This document shows, piece after piece, positions 10,280-19,073 of a stretch of DNA of 64,000 nt. The number at the start of each line of letters is the position of its first letter. Position 1 is the stretch's first letter. Position numbers and translations under genes: made by a program. The notes under the pieces are model-generated. The model was not told where the DNA came from. It worked only from the letters and a program-made list of their open reading frames with translations, and ran no database searches. Origin of the DNA: Akkermansia sp. (GTDB lineage: Bacteria > Verrucomicrobiota > Verrucomicrobiia > Verrucomicrobiales > Akkermansiaceae); contig JAKSOU010000004.1 of the NCBI GenBank assembly GCA_024405435.1, positions 576 to 64,575 on the forward strand, written 5' to 3'.

Positions 10280-11656
10280 CTATCGCGTGCGCCACTGGCA
10301 GAGCTGGCGCGGGAAAAGGCATTCCGCGCAGGGTTGCGCGGCGCAGAAATCCGCGTCTATCTGCAGCAGCGCCTGGTGGGCGTAGCTCAGGGAGAGCAGG
10401 GAGGCAAGGTCCGCGCGCTCGCCGAAAAGGCGCTGCGCGGTGCGCGCGATGCGTGATGCCGGGGCGCCGCCGGGCAGCGCCAGGTAGGTTTGCCACGCGG
10501 CGGGGGAATCATCCTGCGCGTAGACGTGGTTGATGAGGAAATCCGTGATGCGCTGCCGGCCCACCAATGCGGATTTGCGGGGCATGGGGGCGGAGGGCAG
10601 GGAGCAGTGGGTATCCCAGTACGGGTGGGAGATGCCGCCCAGGGCCTTGGCCAGCAGCTTGGCGCGCGCGGCGTTCAGGTTGGGCTCTATCTGCGTCCAG
10701 CGCATGGCGCTTTCCGCCAGCGCGGCCACGCGGCGCTGCGGGTGGTTGAGCGGGCGCACGGGAGAGAGCACCCACGGCAGGTTGTGCGGGTCCGCAAGCT
10801 CGAACCGCTCCCGCAGTTCCCACCAGGAATCCCACACGCGGCGGTGGTACGCCCGCGCATCCGCCGAGCAGCGCGCCGGAAGCACCGGCACCAGGAATCC
10901 CGCCGTGCCGAACAGGATGGATTCCGCCTGTTTTCCCAGCTGCGCCAGCGGCGCGCGCCGCGCCAGCATCTGCATAGCCACCTTGTTGGCGGAATAGCCC
11001 AGCGTTTCCGCCCAGGCCTCGAACCAAGCCTGGCGCAGCCCCAGGTGCTCCGCCTTGGCGCGGAAGAGGTGCCGCTTGTTCTCCAGGCGGTGCGCGGCCG
11101 CCGCCTGCAGCAGGCCCGCAATCTCTGCCGCGTCCATGGTGCGCAGCGGCTCGCGGCAGCGCTCCGTCTCAAAGTCGTTCGCCTTGCGCGGCAGTCCTGC
11201 GGCGCGCTGCCACACCTCCTGCGGCACGGTGAGGACGGGCACCTCCCGGTGCAGGGAGTTGCGTGTGTACCAGCCGGCGGGCGGCTCCTTGAACACCACG
11301 TGCAGCATCACCCTGTTGAACCCGGGATTGGCGCCGTGGCCGTGGTGTTCCCAGTCCTGCGCGGTGGGGTCCAGCTCAATGTCGCCGCGGTGGCGCACGC
11401 CGTCCAGCTCCATCTCCGCGTTCAGGAAATCCGGGCCGGCGCAGCGGTTCCACTCGCCGAAATCCAGTATGCGCACGGTGCCGTGCCCGCGCGTCTCCCC
11501 GCCCGTGCCCAGCATGCCCGCGCTCCACAGCGCCTGAAGCTCCATCTCCGGCACCTTCGCCGCAGGCTCCACGTCCTCCCCGGCCGCCATGGCGGGAAAC
11601 ACGCTGCGCAGCAAATCGCCGTAGGCGGCTGCAGCCCTCTGTCGGTCCGCGGGCAT
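10280..11656 (-). CDS. DUF2851 family protein
   Basis: ELQALW, GEWN..GPDFLNA, GDIELD, DWEHHGH..NPGFNRVMLHVV, NHPQRR. Confidence 0.88.
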   Translation of the reverse strand: MPADRQRAAAAYGDLLRSVFPAMAAGEDVEPAAKVPEMELQALWSAGMLGTGGETRGHGTVRILDFGEWNRCAGPDFLNAEMELDGVRHRGDIELDPTAQDWEHHGHGANPGFNRVMLHVVFKEPPAGWYTRNSLHREVPVLTVPQEVWQRAAGLPRKANDFETERCREPLRTMDAAEIAGLLQAAAAHRLENKRHLFRAKAEHLGLRQAWFEAWAETLGYSANKVAMQMLARRAPLAQLGKQAESILFGTAGFLVPVLPARCSADARAYHRRVWDSWWELRERFELADPHNLPWVLSPVRPLNHPQRRVAALAESAMRWTQIEPNLNAARAKLLAKALGGISHPYWDTHCSLPSAPMPRKSALVGRQRITDFLINHVYAQDDSPAAWQTYLALPGGAPASRIARTAQRLFGERADLASLLSLSYAHQALLQIDADFCAAQPCAECLFPRQLCQWRTR

Positions 11657-11666
11657 GGCGTGCAGC

Positions 11667-12206
11667 TTACTTGTCCTCTTTGCGGTCCAGGCCCTCCTGC
11701 AGGGTCTCGCAAACGTAGCCGAAGGTCTCGTTGTTCTTCTCGTTCATGGAGCGCAGGGTCTGGTGCGCCTCCAGCACGTGGCGCGTGCGCTCCGTGTCGC
11801 CGAGCGGCGCGGTCTCCGTCTCCCCGGCCTGGGCGTCCACCTCCTGCAGCTGTTCGCGTCGCGCCTGCACGTCATTCTCCCAGAACGGGTGCGGCGGGTC
11901 GATTTCCATGAGCATGTCCAGCCCCAGGTTTTCCATGGCGGCGCGTGCGCGCTGCGTGGGGGATGCCACCAGGGCCTTGCCGCCCACGGCCTGCAGCTTG
12001 CGCGCCAGCGCCGCCAGCGTGCCCATGAACGTGGAATCCACGCCCGGGCACACCTCCAGGTCCACCACCACGCAGGTGCCGCCTGTTTCGAGGTAGCTTT
12101 CCGTCAGGCTCTTGAGGGTGGGGCTGTTGATGAAGCTGCCGCGGTTGGCGCAGCGTATCCACAGGCAATCATCGAATCGGTGGTGGGGAAGGGAGGTCTC
12201 TGACAT
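11667..12206 (-). CDS. STAS domain protein (anti-anti-sigma factor type)
   Basis: VVVDLEVCPGVDSTFMGTL, with the phosphorylatable DS motif. Confidence 0.85.
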   Translation of the reverse strand: MSETSLPHHRFDDCLWIRCANRGSFINSPTLKSLTESYLETGGTCVVVDLEVCPGVDSTFMGTLAALARKLQAVGGKALVASPTQRARAAMENLGLDMLMEIDPPHPFWENDVQARREQLQEVDAQAGETETAPLGDTERTRHVLEAHQTLRSMNEKNNETFGYVCETLQEGLDRKEDK

Positions 12207-12225
12207 GGCAGTGCGATTACCCGCC

Positions 12226-12254
12226 ATCCTAGCGCAAACACCGCACGATTGCAA
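12226..12254 (-). promoter_or_regulatory. Sigma70-like promoter of STAS gene
   Basis: TTGCAA-17-TAGGAT on the minus strand. Confidence 0.55.
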
Positions 12255-12276
12255 GGGAATTCAACCCGCGCCCCAC

Positions 12277-12298
12277 AAAAAACGCGCGCGGAGCGCGC
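12277..12298 (-). terminator. Intrinsic terminator after histidine kinase
   Basis: GCGCGC-TCC-GCGCGC then G and T6 on the minus strand. Confidence 0.6.
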
Positions 12299-12309
12299 CT
12301 AACTTTCAA

Positions 12310-12340
12310 AATCGTCAATCGTAAATTGTCAATCGTAAAT
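12310..12340 (-). repeat. Heptamer array (KACRATT)x4, copy 1
   Basis: Plus strand AATCGTC AATCGTA AATTGTC AATCGTA AAT, 5 nt past the kinase stop codon. Confidence 0.9.
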
Positions 12341-12345
12341 CCCCC

Positions 12346-13482
12346 TCACGCCGGGAGCAGGCGCACCACCTTGTCCGCGCGGGGCAGGGTGATGGTGACG
12401 CTGGTGCCGGTACCCTCCTTGGAGGCGAAGGCGAGCGAGCCTCCGTGGTCCTTGATGATGCGGCGCACAATCAGGAGACCGAGGCCGTTTCCCTTCTTCT
12501 TGGTGGTGCGGAACGGCTCGTACATGGAGCCCATAACCTCGTGCGAGATGCCCGTTCCGGTGTCGCTGATGTTGATGCGCACATCGGAGTCCGTGTGGGC
12601 GGTGGCGATGTAGATGCCGCCGTCGCTTCCGGGGATGGACTGGTAGGCGTTGCGGATGAGGTTGTAGAGGGCCTGGAAGAGTTGGTCGGGGTCGGCGGAG
12701 AGCTCCGGCTGCTGCGCGTCCAGCTCGGTGTGGACGGCGATGCCGCGCGGCGCAATCTCCGGGGTGAGGGTGGAGATGACGCGGTTGATGATGTCCGCCA
12801 GGTCCACGGGTTGGCGCTGCGGGCGCGTGGGGCGCATGGACTGCAGGAACTGGTGCAGCAGGGTGTCCAGCCGCCGCGTTTCGCCCAGCGCGCCCTCCAG
12901 CAGCGGGGCCACGCTCTCCCATTCCTGCGGCGGCAGCTTCTTGAGCTTGCGCTCCAGCAGCTGCAGGTTCAGGCCGAGGGAATTGAGCGGGTTGCCGATT
13001 TCGTGCGCCACGGCGCTGGAGAGGTAGGTGAGCAGGTTCATTTGCTCCGCCTCCGCGTCCTCCTCGCCCTGCATGCGGGTTTCCGTGTCGTCGCGGATGA
13101 GCAGCAGGTACTCCGCGCCATCGCCCACGGGGGTGATGAGGAAGTTGTAGTGGCGCGGTTCCGGGTAGTTCACCTGGAGGTCGCGGGTGACGGCCACGCC
13201 GCTGCCCTGAATATCCTTCCAGCTGCAGGTGTTGCCCACCAGGGTCTCGAACGGCTGGGCGAGCAGCTCGTGCAGCGGGCTGGCGTAGATCTTGGCCGCG
13301 GCGCGGTTGGCGAGCCGCGCATGCCCTTCCGCATCGAAGAGGATGAGCCCGTCGCGCAGGGCGTCGAACACGTCTTGCAGCAGCCCTTTGTCGGAAGCCA
13401 TGCGCAGGAAGATGCGGCGCAACTCCTCCGTGCCCAGGCTGTCCAGGCGTGCCACAATCTTGTCCAGCGTGTCCTTTTTCAT
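12346..13482 (-). CDS. PAS-domain sensor histidine kinase (NtrB-like)
   Basis: H-box AHEIGNPL, N-box NLIRNA, G1 DTGTGI, G2 GNGLGL; PAS-like region. Start MKKDTL. Confidence 0.92.
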   Translation of the reverse strand: MKKDTLDKIVARLDSLGTEELRRIFLRMASDKGLLQDVFDALRDGLILFDAEGHARLANRAAAKIYASPLHELLAQPFETLVGNTCSWKDIQGSGVAVTRDLQVNYPEPRHYNFLITPVGDGAEYLLLIRDDTETRMQGEEDAEAEQMNLLTYLSSAVAHEIGNPLNSLGLNLQLLERKLKKLPPQEWESVAPLLEGALGETRRLDTLLHQFLQSMRPTRPQRQPVDLADIINRVISTLTPEIAPRGIAVHTELDAQQPELSADPDQLFQALYNLIRNAYQSIPGSDGGIYIATAHTDSDVRINISDTGTGISHEVMGSMYEPFRTTKKKGNGLGLLIVRRIIKDHGGSLAFASKEGTGTSVTITLPRADKVVRLLPA

Positions 13483-13489
13483 GGCGGGT

Positions 13490-15862
13490 TCAGAAAGTGA
13501 TTTCCAGCGTGGCGAAGTTGGCGGGCAGGGTGGCGCGCAGCAGGTGCGTCTCCGTATCGAAATCGCACGCAAGCTCCTTGCCGTCGCAAACGGCGTGCGG
13601 CGCGGCATCCCGCGGCAGGCCGTGCAGCGCGAACGCAAACTCCGTGCGTCCGTTCTCCAGGCTGCCGGTGCGCTCCGCGGTGAGTCGCAGGCTGCGCGCC
13701 TCCGCGCGGTAGCGGAATGTGTGCAGACGGTACGCACCGAACCTCTCGGCGTCCGGGCCGTCGCCCGCATCCTCGTACAGGCTGCTCGTTTCCTCCGTGT
13801 CGGGCGCCCACCACAAATCCAGCGTGCAGGGCGGCACGGGGATTTCCCCCACGTACTGCTGCACCGGCCAGCGCGGGACGACACAGCCGCCCTTCACCAG
13901 CACGGGAATGTGCGCGCGCACCACCGGGGTGACGAATTCCGCGTTGCTCACCGGCACGCGGTTGTCCGTGTGGTAGCAGTACCACGTGCCGGGCGGCACA
14001 AAGAGCTTCTGCTCCGCCTGGCCCTTGTAGTGCACAGGGACGATGTACAGGGCGTCGCCCAGGAAGAATTCCGTGCTGCGCCAGTACATGTCCGTGTTTT
14101 CATGGAGCATGAGCGCGAGGGAGCGTATGACGGGCGTGCCGTCGGCGTGGTAGCGGTGGAACTGGGTGTAGAGGTAGGGGAGTAGGCGGTAGCGCGCCTC
14201 GATGGCCTCGCGCACCAGCCCCTCCACCTCCGCGCCGAAGCACCAGGGCTCCTGGCCGCCGAACTCGCCGTTGTTGTGGTTGCGGAAGAACACGTGGAAC
14301 GCCGCCATTTGCATCCACCGGCAGAACAGCTCCGGCGTGGGGTGCCCCAGGAAACCGCCCGTGTCCGCCCCGCAGAACGACACGCCGCTGGCGCTCAGCC
14401 GCTGGATCATGAGGTTGGCCATCTGCAGGTTCTCCCAGTCGGAATCGTTGTCGCCCGTCCACGTGGCGGCCCAGCGCTGCAGCCCCGCAAACCCGGAGCG
14501 CGACAGCACGAAGGGCCTGCGCTGCGGCGCAGCCTGCTCCATGCCCTGCCGCGTGGCCTTGGCCATGCACTGGCCGTACACGTTGTGCGCCTTCAGGTGC
14601 GAGCAGGAGAAGCCGTCGAACGCGTGCCGCGTGTCGTCCGGGAACGTCTTGTCCGGGAACATCACCGGCTCGTTCATGTCCGTCCAGATGCCGCGCACGC
14701 CGTACTCCGCCACCTGGCGGTGGAACAGCCCCGCCCACCATTGACGCGTGTCCTCCGAGGTGAAGTCAGGGAAGTTGCACTCGCCCGGCCACACCGTGCC
14801 GCGCAGCAGCGCGCCGTCGTGACGCCGGCAGAACAGGTTCCTCTCGAACCCGCTTTTCCAGACGTAGTTGTTGGGGTTGATCTTGATGCCGGGGTCCACG
14901 ATGCAGACCACCTTGAATCCCTGCTCGTCCAGGCGGCGGATCATGCCGGGCGGGTCCGGGAAATGCGTGCGGTCCCAGGTGAGGGCCTGGTAGCGCTTCA
15001 TGTGGTGGATATCCAGGTGGATGGCGTCGCACGGGATGCGGCGCTTGCGGAACTCGGCGGCCAAATCGGTGACCACCTGTTCCGGGTAGTAGCTCCACTT
15101 GCTCTGGTGGTAGCCCAGGGTCCAGAGCGGCGGCATGGGCGGCAGCCCCGTGAGCCGCGTGTACAGGCTCACCGTCTCCAGCGCCGTAGCCCCCAGGATG
15201 AAGTAGTAGTCCATCACCCCGCCGTCCGCCCCGAACAGCAGGCTGTCGTCGCGCTCCCTGCCGAAATCGAAGTAGGAGCGCATCGTGTTGTCGAAAAAGA
15301 TGCCGTACTGGTGCCCCTCGTTCAGGCACAGGAAGAACGGGATGCTCTTGTAGAGCGGGTCGCTTTGCGGCGTGAACTTGTAGTGGTCCGCGCCCCACAT
15401 CTCCAGGCGCCGCCCGCGCAGGTTCAGCTTGCCAGGCTTGTCCCCCAGCGCAAAGAAATGCGCCTCCGGCGGCATCTGCTTGCGCACCCACACAAAGTCG
15501 TCCCCCGTGCGCTCGTTGAGACGGTGCCCGAACCCGTCCGCATCCGCGCACAGGCACACCCCCTGCGCGTCATAGAACTCCAGCCCGCCGTCCGCCTTGC
15601 GGATATGCAGGCAAAGCCGCCCTGTGCGCACCTGCAGGAACTCCCCGCGGTCCTCCGCCTGCAGCTGCGGCGGCGCCGCGCGGTACTCCGGCGCCACGCC
15701 GTAGCTCGGTATGTTCTCGAACACCGGGCTCGTCACGTAGCGGCAGCGCACCAGGCCGTCCTCCAGAAAGGAAAGCCGCAGCCTGCTGTGCGACATCACC
15801 ACCTCCAGCGTGTGTTGGGAAACCCACACCGTGCGCTCCACCTTCTGCCTGTTCATGGGCAT
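13490..15862 (-). CDS. Glycoside hydrolase family 31 (alpha-glucosidase-like)
   Basis: LYKSIPF, GYHQSKWSY, IWTDMNEP (nucleophile), WTGDN (acid/base). Confidence 0.93.
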   Translation of the reverse strand: MPMNRQKVERTVWVSQHTLEVVMSHSRLRLSFLEDGLVRCRYVTSPVFENIPSYGVAPEYRAAPPQLQAEDRGEFLQVRTGRLCLHIRKADGGLEFYDAQGVCLCADADGFGHRLNERTGDDFVWVRKQMPPEAHFFALGDKPGKLNLRGRRLEMWGADHYKFTPQSDPLYKSIPFFLCLNEGHQYGIFFDNTMRSYFDFGRERDDSLLFGADGGVMDYYFILGATALETVSLYTRLTGLPPMPPLWTLGYHQSKWSYYPEQVVTDLAAEFRKRRIPCDAIHLDIHHMKRYQALTWDRTHFPDPPGMIRRLDEQGFKVVCIVDPGIKINPNNYVWKSGFERNLFCRRHDGALLRGTVWPGECNFPDFTSEDTRQWWAGLFHRQVAEYGVRGIWTDMNEPVMFPDKTFPDDTRHAFDGFSCSHLKAHNVYGQCMAKATRQGMEQAAPQRRPFVLSRSGFAGLQRWAATWTGDNDSDWENLQMANLMIQRLSASGVSFCGADTGGFLGHPTPELFCRWMQMAAFHVFFRNHNNGEFGGQEPWCFGAEVEGLVREAIEARYRLLPYLYTQFHRYHADGTPVIRSLALMLHENTDMYWRSTEFFLGDALYIVPVHYKGQAEQKLFVPPGTWYCYHTDNRVPVSNAEFVTPVVRAHIPVLVKGGCVVPRWPVQQYVGEIPVPPCTLDLWWAPDTEETSSLYEDAGDGPDAERFGAYRLHTFRYRAEARSLRLTAERTGSLENGRTEFAFALHGLPRDAAPHAVCDGKELACDFDTETHLLRATLPANFATLEITF

Positions 15863-15890
15863 GGAAGCCAGGGAAACGAGACAAAAAATC

Positions 15891-16235
15891 CTAACCGGGA
15901 GGCCACTGCATGGAGCGCCCGCCGATGATGTGGATATGCAGGTGCGGCACGGTCTGCCCGCCGTCCTCGCCGGTGTTGAGCACCGTGCGGAACCCGCCCT
16001 CCGCGATTCCTTCCGCGCGCGCGATATCCCCCACCTTCAGCATCAGGTGGGAAAGCAGCGCCGCATCCTCCGCCGTGGCGCACGATATGTCCCGCAACGG
16101 CTTGCGCGGAACCAGCAGGATATGCACGGGCGCGCTCGGCGATATATCCCGGAACGCCACGCACATCTCGTCCTCGTACACCATGTCGGACGGTATCTCC
16201 TTGTCTGCTATTTTCTGGAACAACGTCTTTTCCAT
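15891..16235 (-). CDS. Histidine triad (HIT) nucleotide-binding protein
   Basis: TLFQKIADKEIP, FRDISP, GQTVPHLHIHIIGG. Confidence 0.95.
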   Translation of the reverse strand: MEKTLFQKIADKEIPSDMVYEDEMCVAFRDISPSAPVHILLVPRKPLRDISCATAEDAALLSHLMLKVGDIARAEGIAEGGFRTVLNTGEDGGQTVPHLHIHIIGGRSMQWPPG

Positions 16236-16343
16236 AGCACCACAAACACTACCACAAATCCCATGCCCGCGCAACTCAAAAGGAAGCGTCGGCGCCAATT
16301 CCCGGCCAACGCTTCCTGCACCGACCATAATCCGGCAAATCTC

Positions 16344-16412
16344 AAAATCATCCCAATTCGGATATTTTGCTTGCGTCCTTTCTGGAATGTTGTAAAATCA
16401 TCCCAATTCGGA
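16344..16412 (+). promoter_or_regulatory. hipBA promoter with two identical 19-bp operator-like repeats
   Basis: AAAATCATCCCAATTCGGA at 16344-16362 and 16394-16412, 50 bp apart. TTGCGT-16-TAAAAT (16371-16398) overlaps the second copy. Confidence 0.8.
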
Positions 16413-16414
16413 AG

Positions 16415-16633
16415 ATGAATATCAATGACGAGACAGAGCTTGGGCTTGCGATACGCGCGCGGCGCAAGAAAATCGGGATGACGATCACGGAGCTGGCATC
16501 CGTGATACCGTGCAGCCCCCGCCTGCTCAGCGAGCTGGAGCGCGGACGGCGCGGCGTGAGCATTGCGGTGACGTTCCAGCTGATGCAGATGCTGGGCCTG
16601 GTGATGGACATCCGCGGCAGCGAGGAGAAATAA
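16415..16633 (+). CDS. hipB: HipB-like XRE/HTH antitoxin
   Basis: 72 aa HTH (LGLAIRARRKKIGMTITELA...LSELERG) directly upstream of hipA. Confidence 0.88.
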   Translation: MNINDETELGLAIRARRKKIGMTITELASVIPCSPRLLSELERGRRGVSIAVTFQLMQMLGLVMDIRGSEEK

Positions 16634-16642
16634 TACCGAGCC

Positions 16643-17875
16643 ATGAAAACACTACCGGTCTATTGCGGGAAACGTCTGGTCGCCGCGCTGGAGCAGGACA
16701 GCGCGGGCGTGTATGCGTTGACGTACGAGGACGTCTGGATCCGCGACGGCTTCGATGTCTCAGTGAACCTGCCGCGCACGCAGAAGCGCCATGCGGGGGA
16801 TGCGGTGCGCATTTTCTTTGAGAACATGCTGCCGGAGGGGGCCATCCGCGAGGCCCTGGCGCGGCGGTATGGGGTGAGCCGGCAAAACGTGTTCGGTCTG
16901 CTGGCGCGCATCGGGCGGGATTGCGCGGGGGCGTTCTCGCTGGGCGAGCCGCAGCGGGAGGGCGACTACAGGCCCGTATCCCCCGCCAAGCTCAAGGAGC
17001 TGCTGGAGAGCCTGCCCGCCAACCCCATGGCCACGCGCCAGCGCGGCACCAGCCTCTCCCTTGCGGGGGCGCAGGACAAGCTGCCGCTCCTGGTCAGGGA
17101 GGGGGCGTTCTACCTGCCGGTGTACGGCGCGGCCAGCAACTGCATCGTGAAGCTCCCCCTGCGCGATTTTCCGCACTCCGTGGACAACGAGCACTTCTGC
17201 ATGCATCTGGCGCGCGAGGCGGGGTTGCCCGCTGCGCCCGCAAGAATCCATCACCTTCCGGGCATGGATGTGCTGGTGGTGGGGCGCTACGACCGCGAGG
17301 GCGCGGGCTTCCACCCGCATAGGCTGGCGCAGGAGGATTTCTGCCAGCTCGCGGGCGTGAGCTCCGAGCTGAAGTATGAAAGCGACGGAGGGCCGGGCTT
17401 TGCGGATTGCGCCGCGCTCATCCGCCGCCACTCCATGCAGGCGGGGCGCGATTTGCTGCGGCTCATGCAGTGGGCGGCGTTCAACCTCTGCATCGGCAAC
17501 AACGATGCGCACGCCAAGAACATCTCCATGCTCCGCAACGGCTCCAAGCTCATGCTCGCGCCGTTCTACGACCTCATCAGCACCACCTTCTACGGGCACC
17601 GCCTGCCCCGGAAGCTCGCCATGAGAATCGGCGGCAGCGCCAAATCGTACTTTGTTTCCCGCAACCGCTGGGAACGCTTTGCGGGGGATGCCACCCTGCC
17701 GCCCGCCACCGTGCTGAAAGGCGTTGCCGCCATGGCGAACGCCATCCTGGCCGCCACGCCGCGCGCAGAGGAATCCGCCCTGACAGCCGGAACGCCGCCC
17801 GCGGTGGCCGCCAAGCTGCGCCACCACGTGGATTCCCGCGCCCAATCCGTCCTGGTGCAGCTCACCACCGCCTGA
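16643..17875 (+). CDS. hipA: HipA family Ser/Thr kinase toxin
   Basis: N-terminal coupling domain (FFENMLPEG), SLAGAQDK, RLAQEDFCQ, NNDAHAKN, LAPFYDL. Confidence 0.95.
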   Translation: MKTLPVYCGKRLVAALEQDSAGVYALTYEDVWIRDGFDVSVNLPRTQKRHAGDAVRIFFENMLPEGAIREALARRYGVSRQNVFGLLARIGRDCAGAFSLGEPQREGDYRPVSPAKLKELLESLPANPMATRQRGTSLSLAGAQDKLPLLVREGAFYLPVYGAASNCIVKLPLRDFPHSVDNEHFCMHLAREAGLPAAPARIHHLPGMDVLVVGRYDREGAGFHPHRLAQEDFCQLAGVSSELKYESDGGPGFADCAALIRRHSMQAGRDLLRLMQWAAFNLCIGNNDAHAKNISMLRNGSKLMLAPFYDLISTTFYGHRLPRKLAMRIGGSAKSYFVSRNRWERFAGDATLPPATVLKGVAAMANAILAATPRAEESALTAGTPPAVAAKLRHHVDSRAQSVLVQLTTA

Positions 17876-17876
17876 A

Positions 17877-17904
17877 TTAAATCATCCCAATTAGGATGAT
17901 TTAA
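17877..17904. repeat. 28-bp near-perfect palindrome; third copy of hip operator-like motif
   Basis: TTAAATCATCC-CAATTA-GGATGATTTAA, starting 2 nt after the hipA stop. Confidence 0.9.
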
Positions 17905-17935
17905 ATCTCCACGCGCGTGCGCGACGAACTCTACA

Positions 17936-17967
17936 AATTGTAAATCGTAAATTGTAGATTGTAAATT
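17936..17967 (-). repeat. Heptamer array, copy 2
   Basis: Plus strand AATTGTA AATCGTA AATTGTA GATTGTA AATT, just past the GT4 stop. Confidence 0.9.
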
Positions 17968-17975
17968 CCACGCGT

Positions 17976-19073
17976 TTACTTGTTGTATACGCGCAGATGC
18001 CCCTCCATCATGTCCTCCCTGCGGAAGGGGGGAGGCACGGGTGTCTTGGGGGTGGGGGCGTTGTTGTACCAGGAGGCGAGGAGGTCCGCCATGGCGGCGG
18101 TGTCGCCCACAGGGATTTTGCCTTGCGGCAGGAAGACATCCAGCAGCTCGCCCACGCCGCCGTGCTCGTAGCCCGCCACCGGGCGGCCCAGCGCCAGGGC
18201 ATCCAGCACGGTCTTGCCGAAGGATTCCGGGATGGTGGTGAGCGAGAGCGTCACATCGCACGCGCACAGCACATCGCGCAGGTCGCTGCGGTAGCCGGTC
18301 CAGGTGACGCAATCCTGCAGTCCGGCGATGGCGAAGGCGTCCTCCAGCTCGCGGCGCAGGGCCTCCTTGCCCCTCTTGGTCTCGCCCACGATGACGGCGT
18401 GCGCGGGGATGCCGCGCCCGCGCAGGGTGGTGAGCAGGGGCACCAGGTGGGCGGCGCCCTTGATGCGGGTGATGCGGCCGGGCAGGCAGAGGGTGAACTT
18501 GCCCTCCAGCTCGGGGTAGTCGTGCCTCCACTGGCGCAGCCAGTCGTCGGACGGGCGGTATTCGGGGAAGTTGAGCGAGGTGTCCACGGAGTTGGGCACG
18601 ACGGTGATTCTCTCCTCCGGCGTGGCGGGATAATTCTCCAGGATGTGCCGCTTCATGCATTCCGAAACGGCAATCACGCGGTCGCCTTTGGCCATGATGG
18701 CGGAGTAGAAGTTCACGGAGTGGAAGCCGTGGAAGCTTGTCACCACCAGCGGGCGCAGCGCTCTCTCCACGCGGCGTGCGGCGAGCCATCCCACCCACGC
18801 GGGCACGCGCGAGTGCAGGTGCAGCACGTCCGGCCGCTCCTCGCGTACCAATTCCGCCACGCGCGGCACCATCAGGAAGGTGCGCAGGCTCTTGCGGCCG
18901 ATGGGCAGCGTGACGTGCCGCGCGCCTGCGGCCTCCACCGCCGCAACCAGCGGGCCGCCCTCCGACACCACGATGGTCTCCACGCCGCGCGCGCAGAGCC
19001 CTTGGCAGAGCTCCACAACGACTTGTTCCACCCCGCCGGAGGACAGGGACGGCAGGAGATGCATCACCTTCAT
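17976..19073 (-). CDS. Glycosyltransferase family 4
   Basis: LPSLSSGGVE, LHLHSRVP, PGRITRIKG, PESFGKTVLDALA; ATGA overlap with the upstream gene. Confidence 0.92.
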   Translation of the reverse strand: MKVMHLLPSLSSGGVEQVVVELCQGLCARGVETIVVSEGGPLVAAVEAAGARHVTLPIGRKSLRTFLMVPRVAELVREERPDVLHLHSRVPAWVGWLAARRVERALRPLVVTSFHGFHSVNFYSAIMAKGDRVIAVSECMKRHILENYPATPEERITVVPNSVDTSLNFPEYRPSDDWLRQWRHDYPELEGKFTLCLPGRITRIKGAAHLVPLLTTLRGRGIPAHAVIVGETKRGKEALRRELEDAFAIAGLQDCVTWTGYRSDLRDVLCACDVTLSLTTIPESFGKTVLDALALGRPVAGYEHGGVGELLDVFLPQGKIPVGDTAAMADLLASWYNNAPTPKTPVPPPFRREDMMEGHLRVYNK

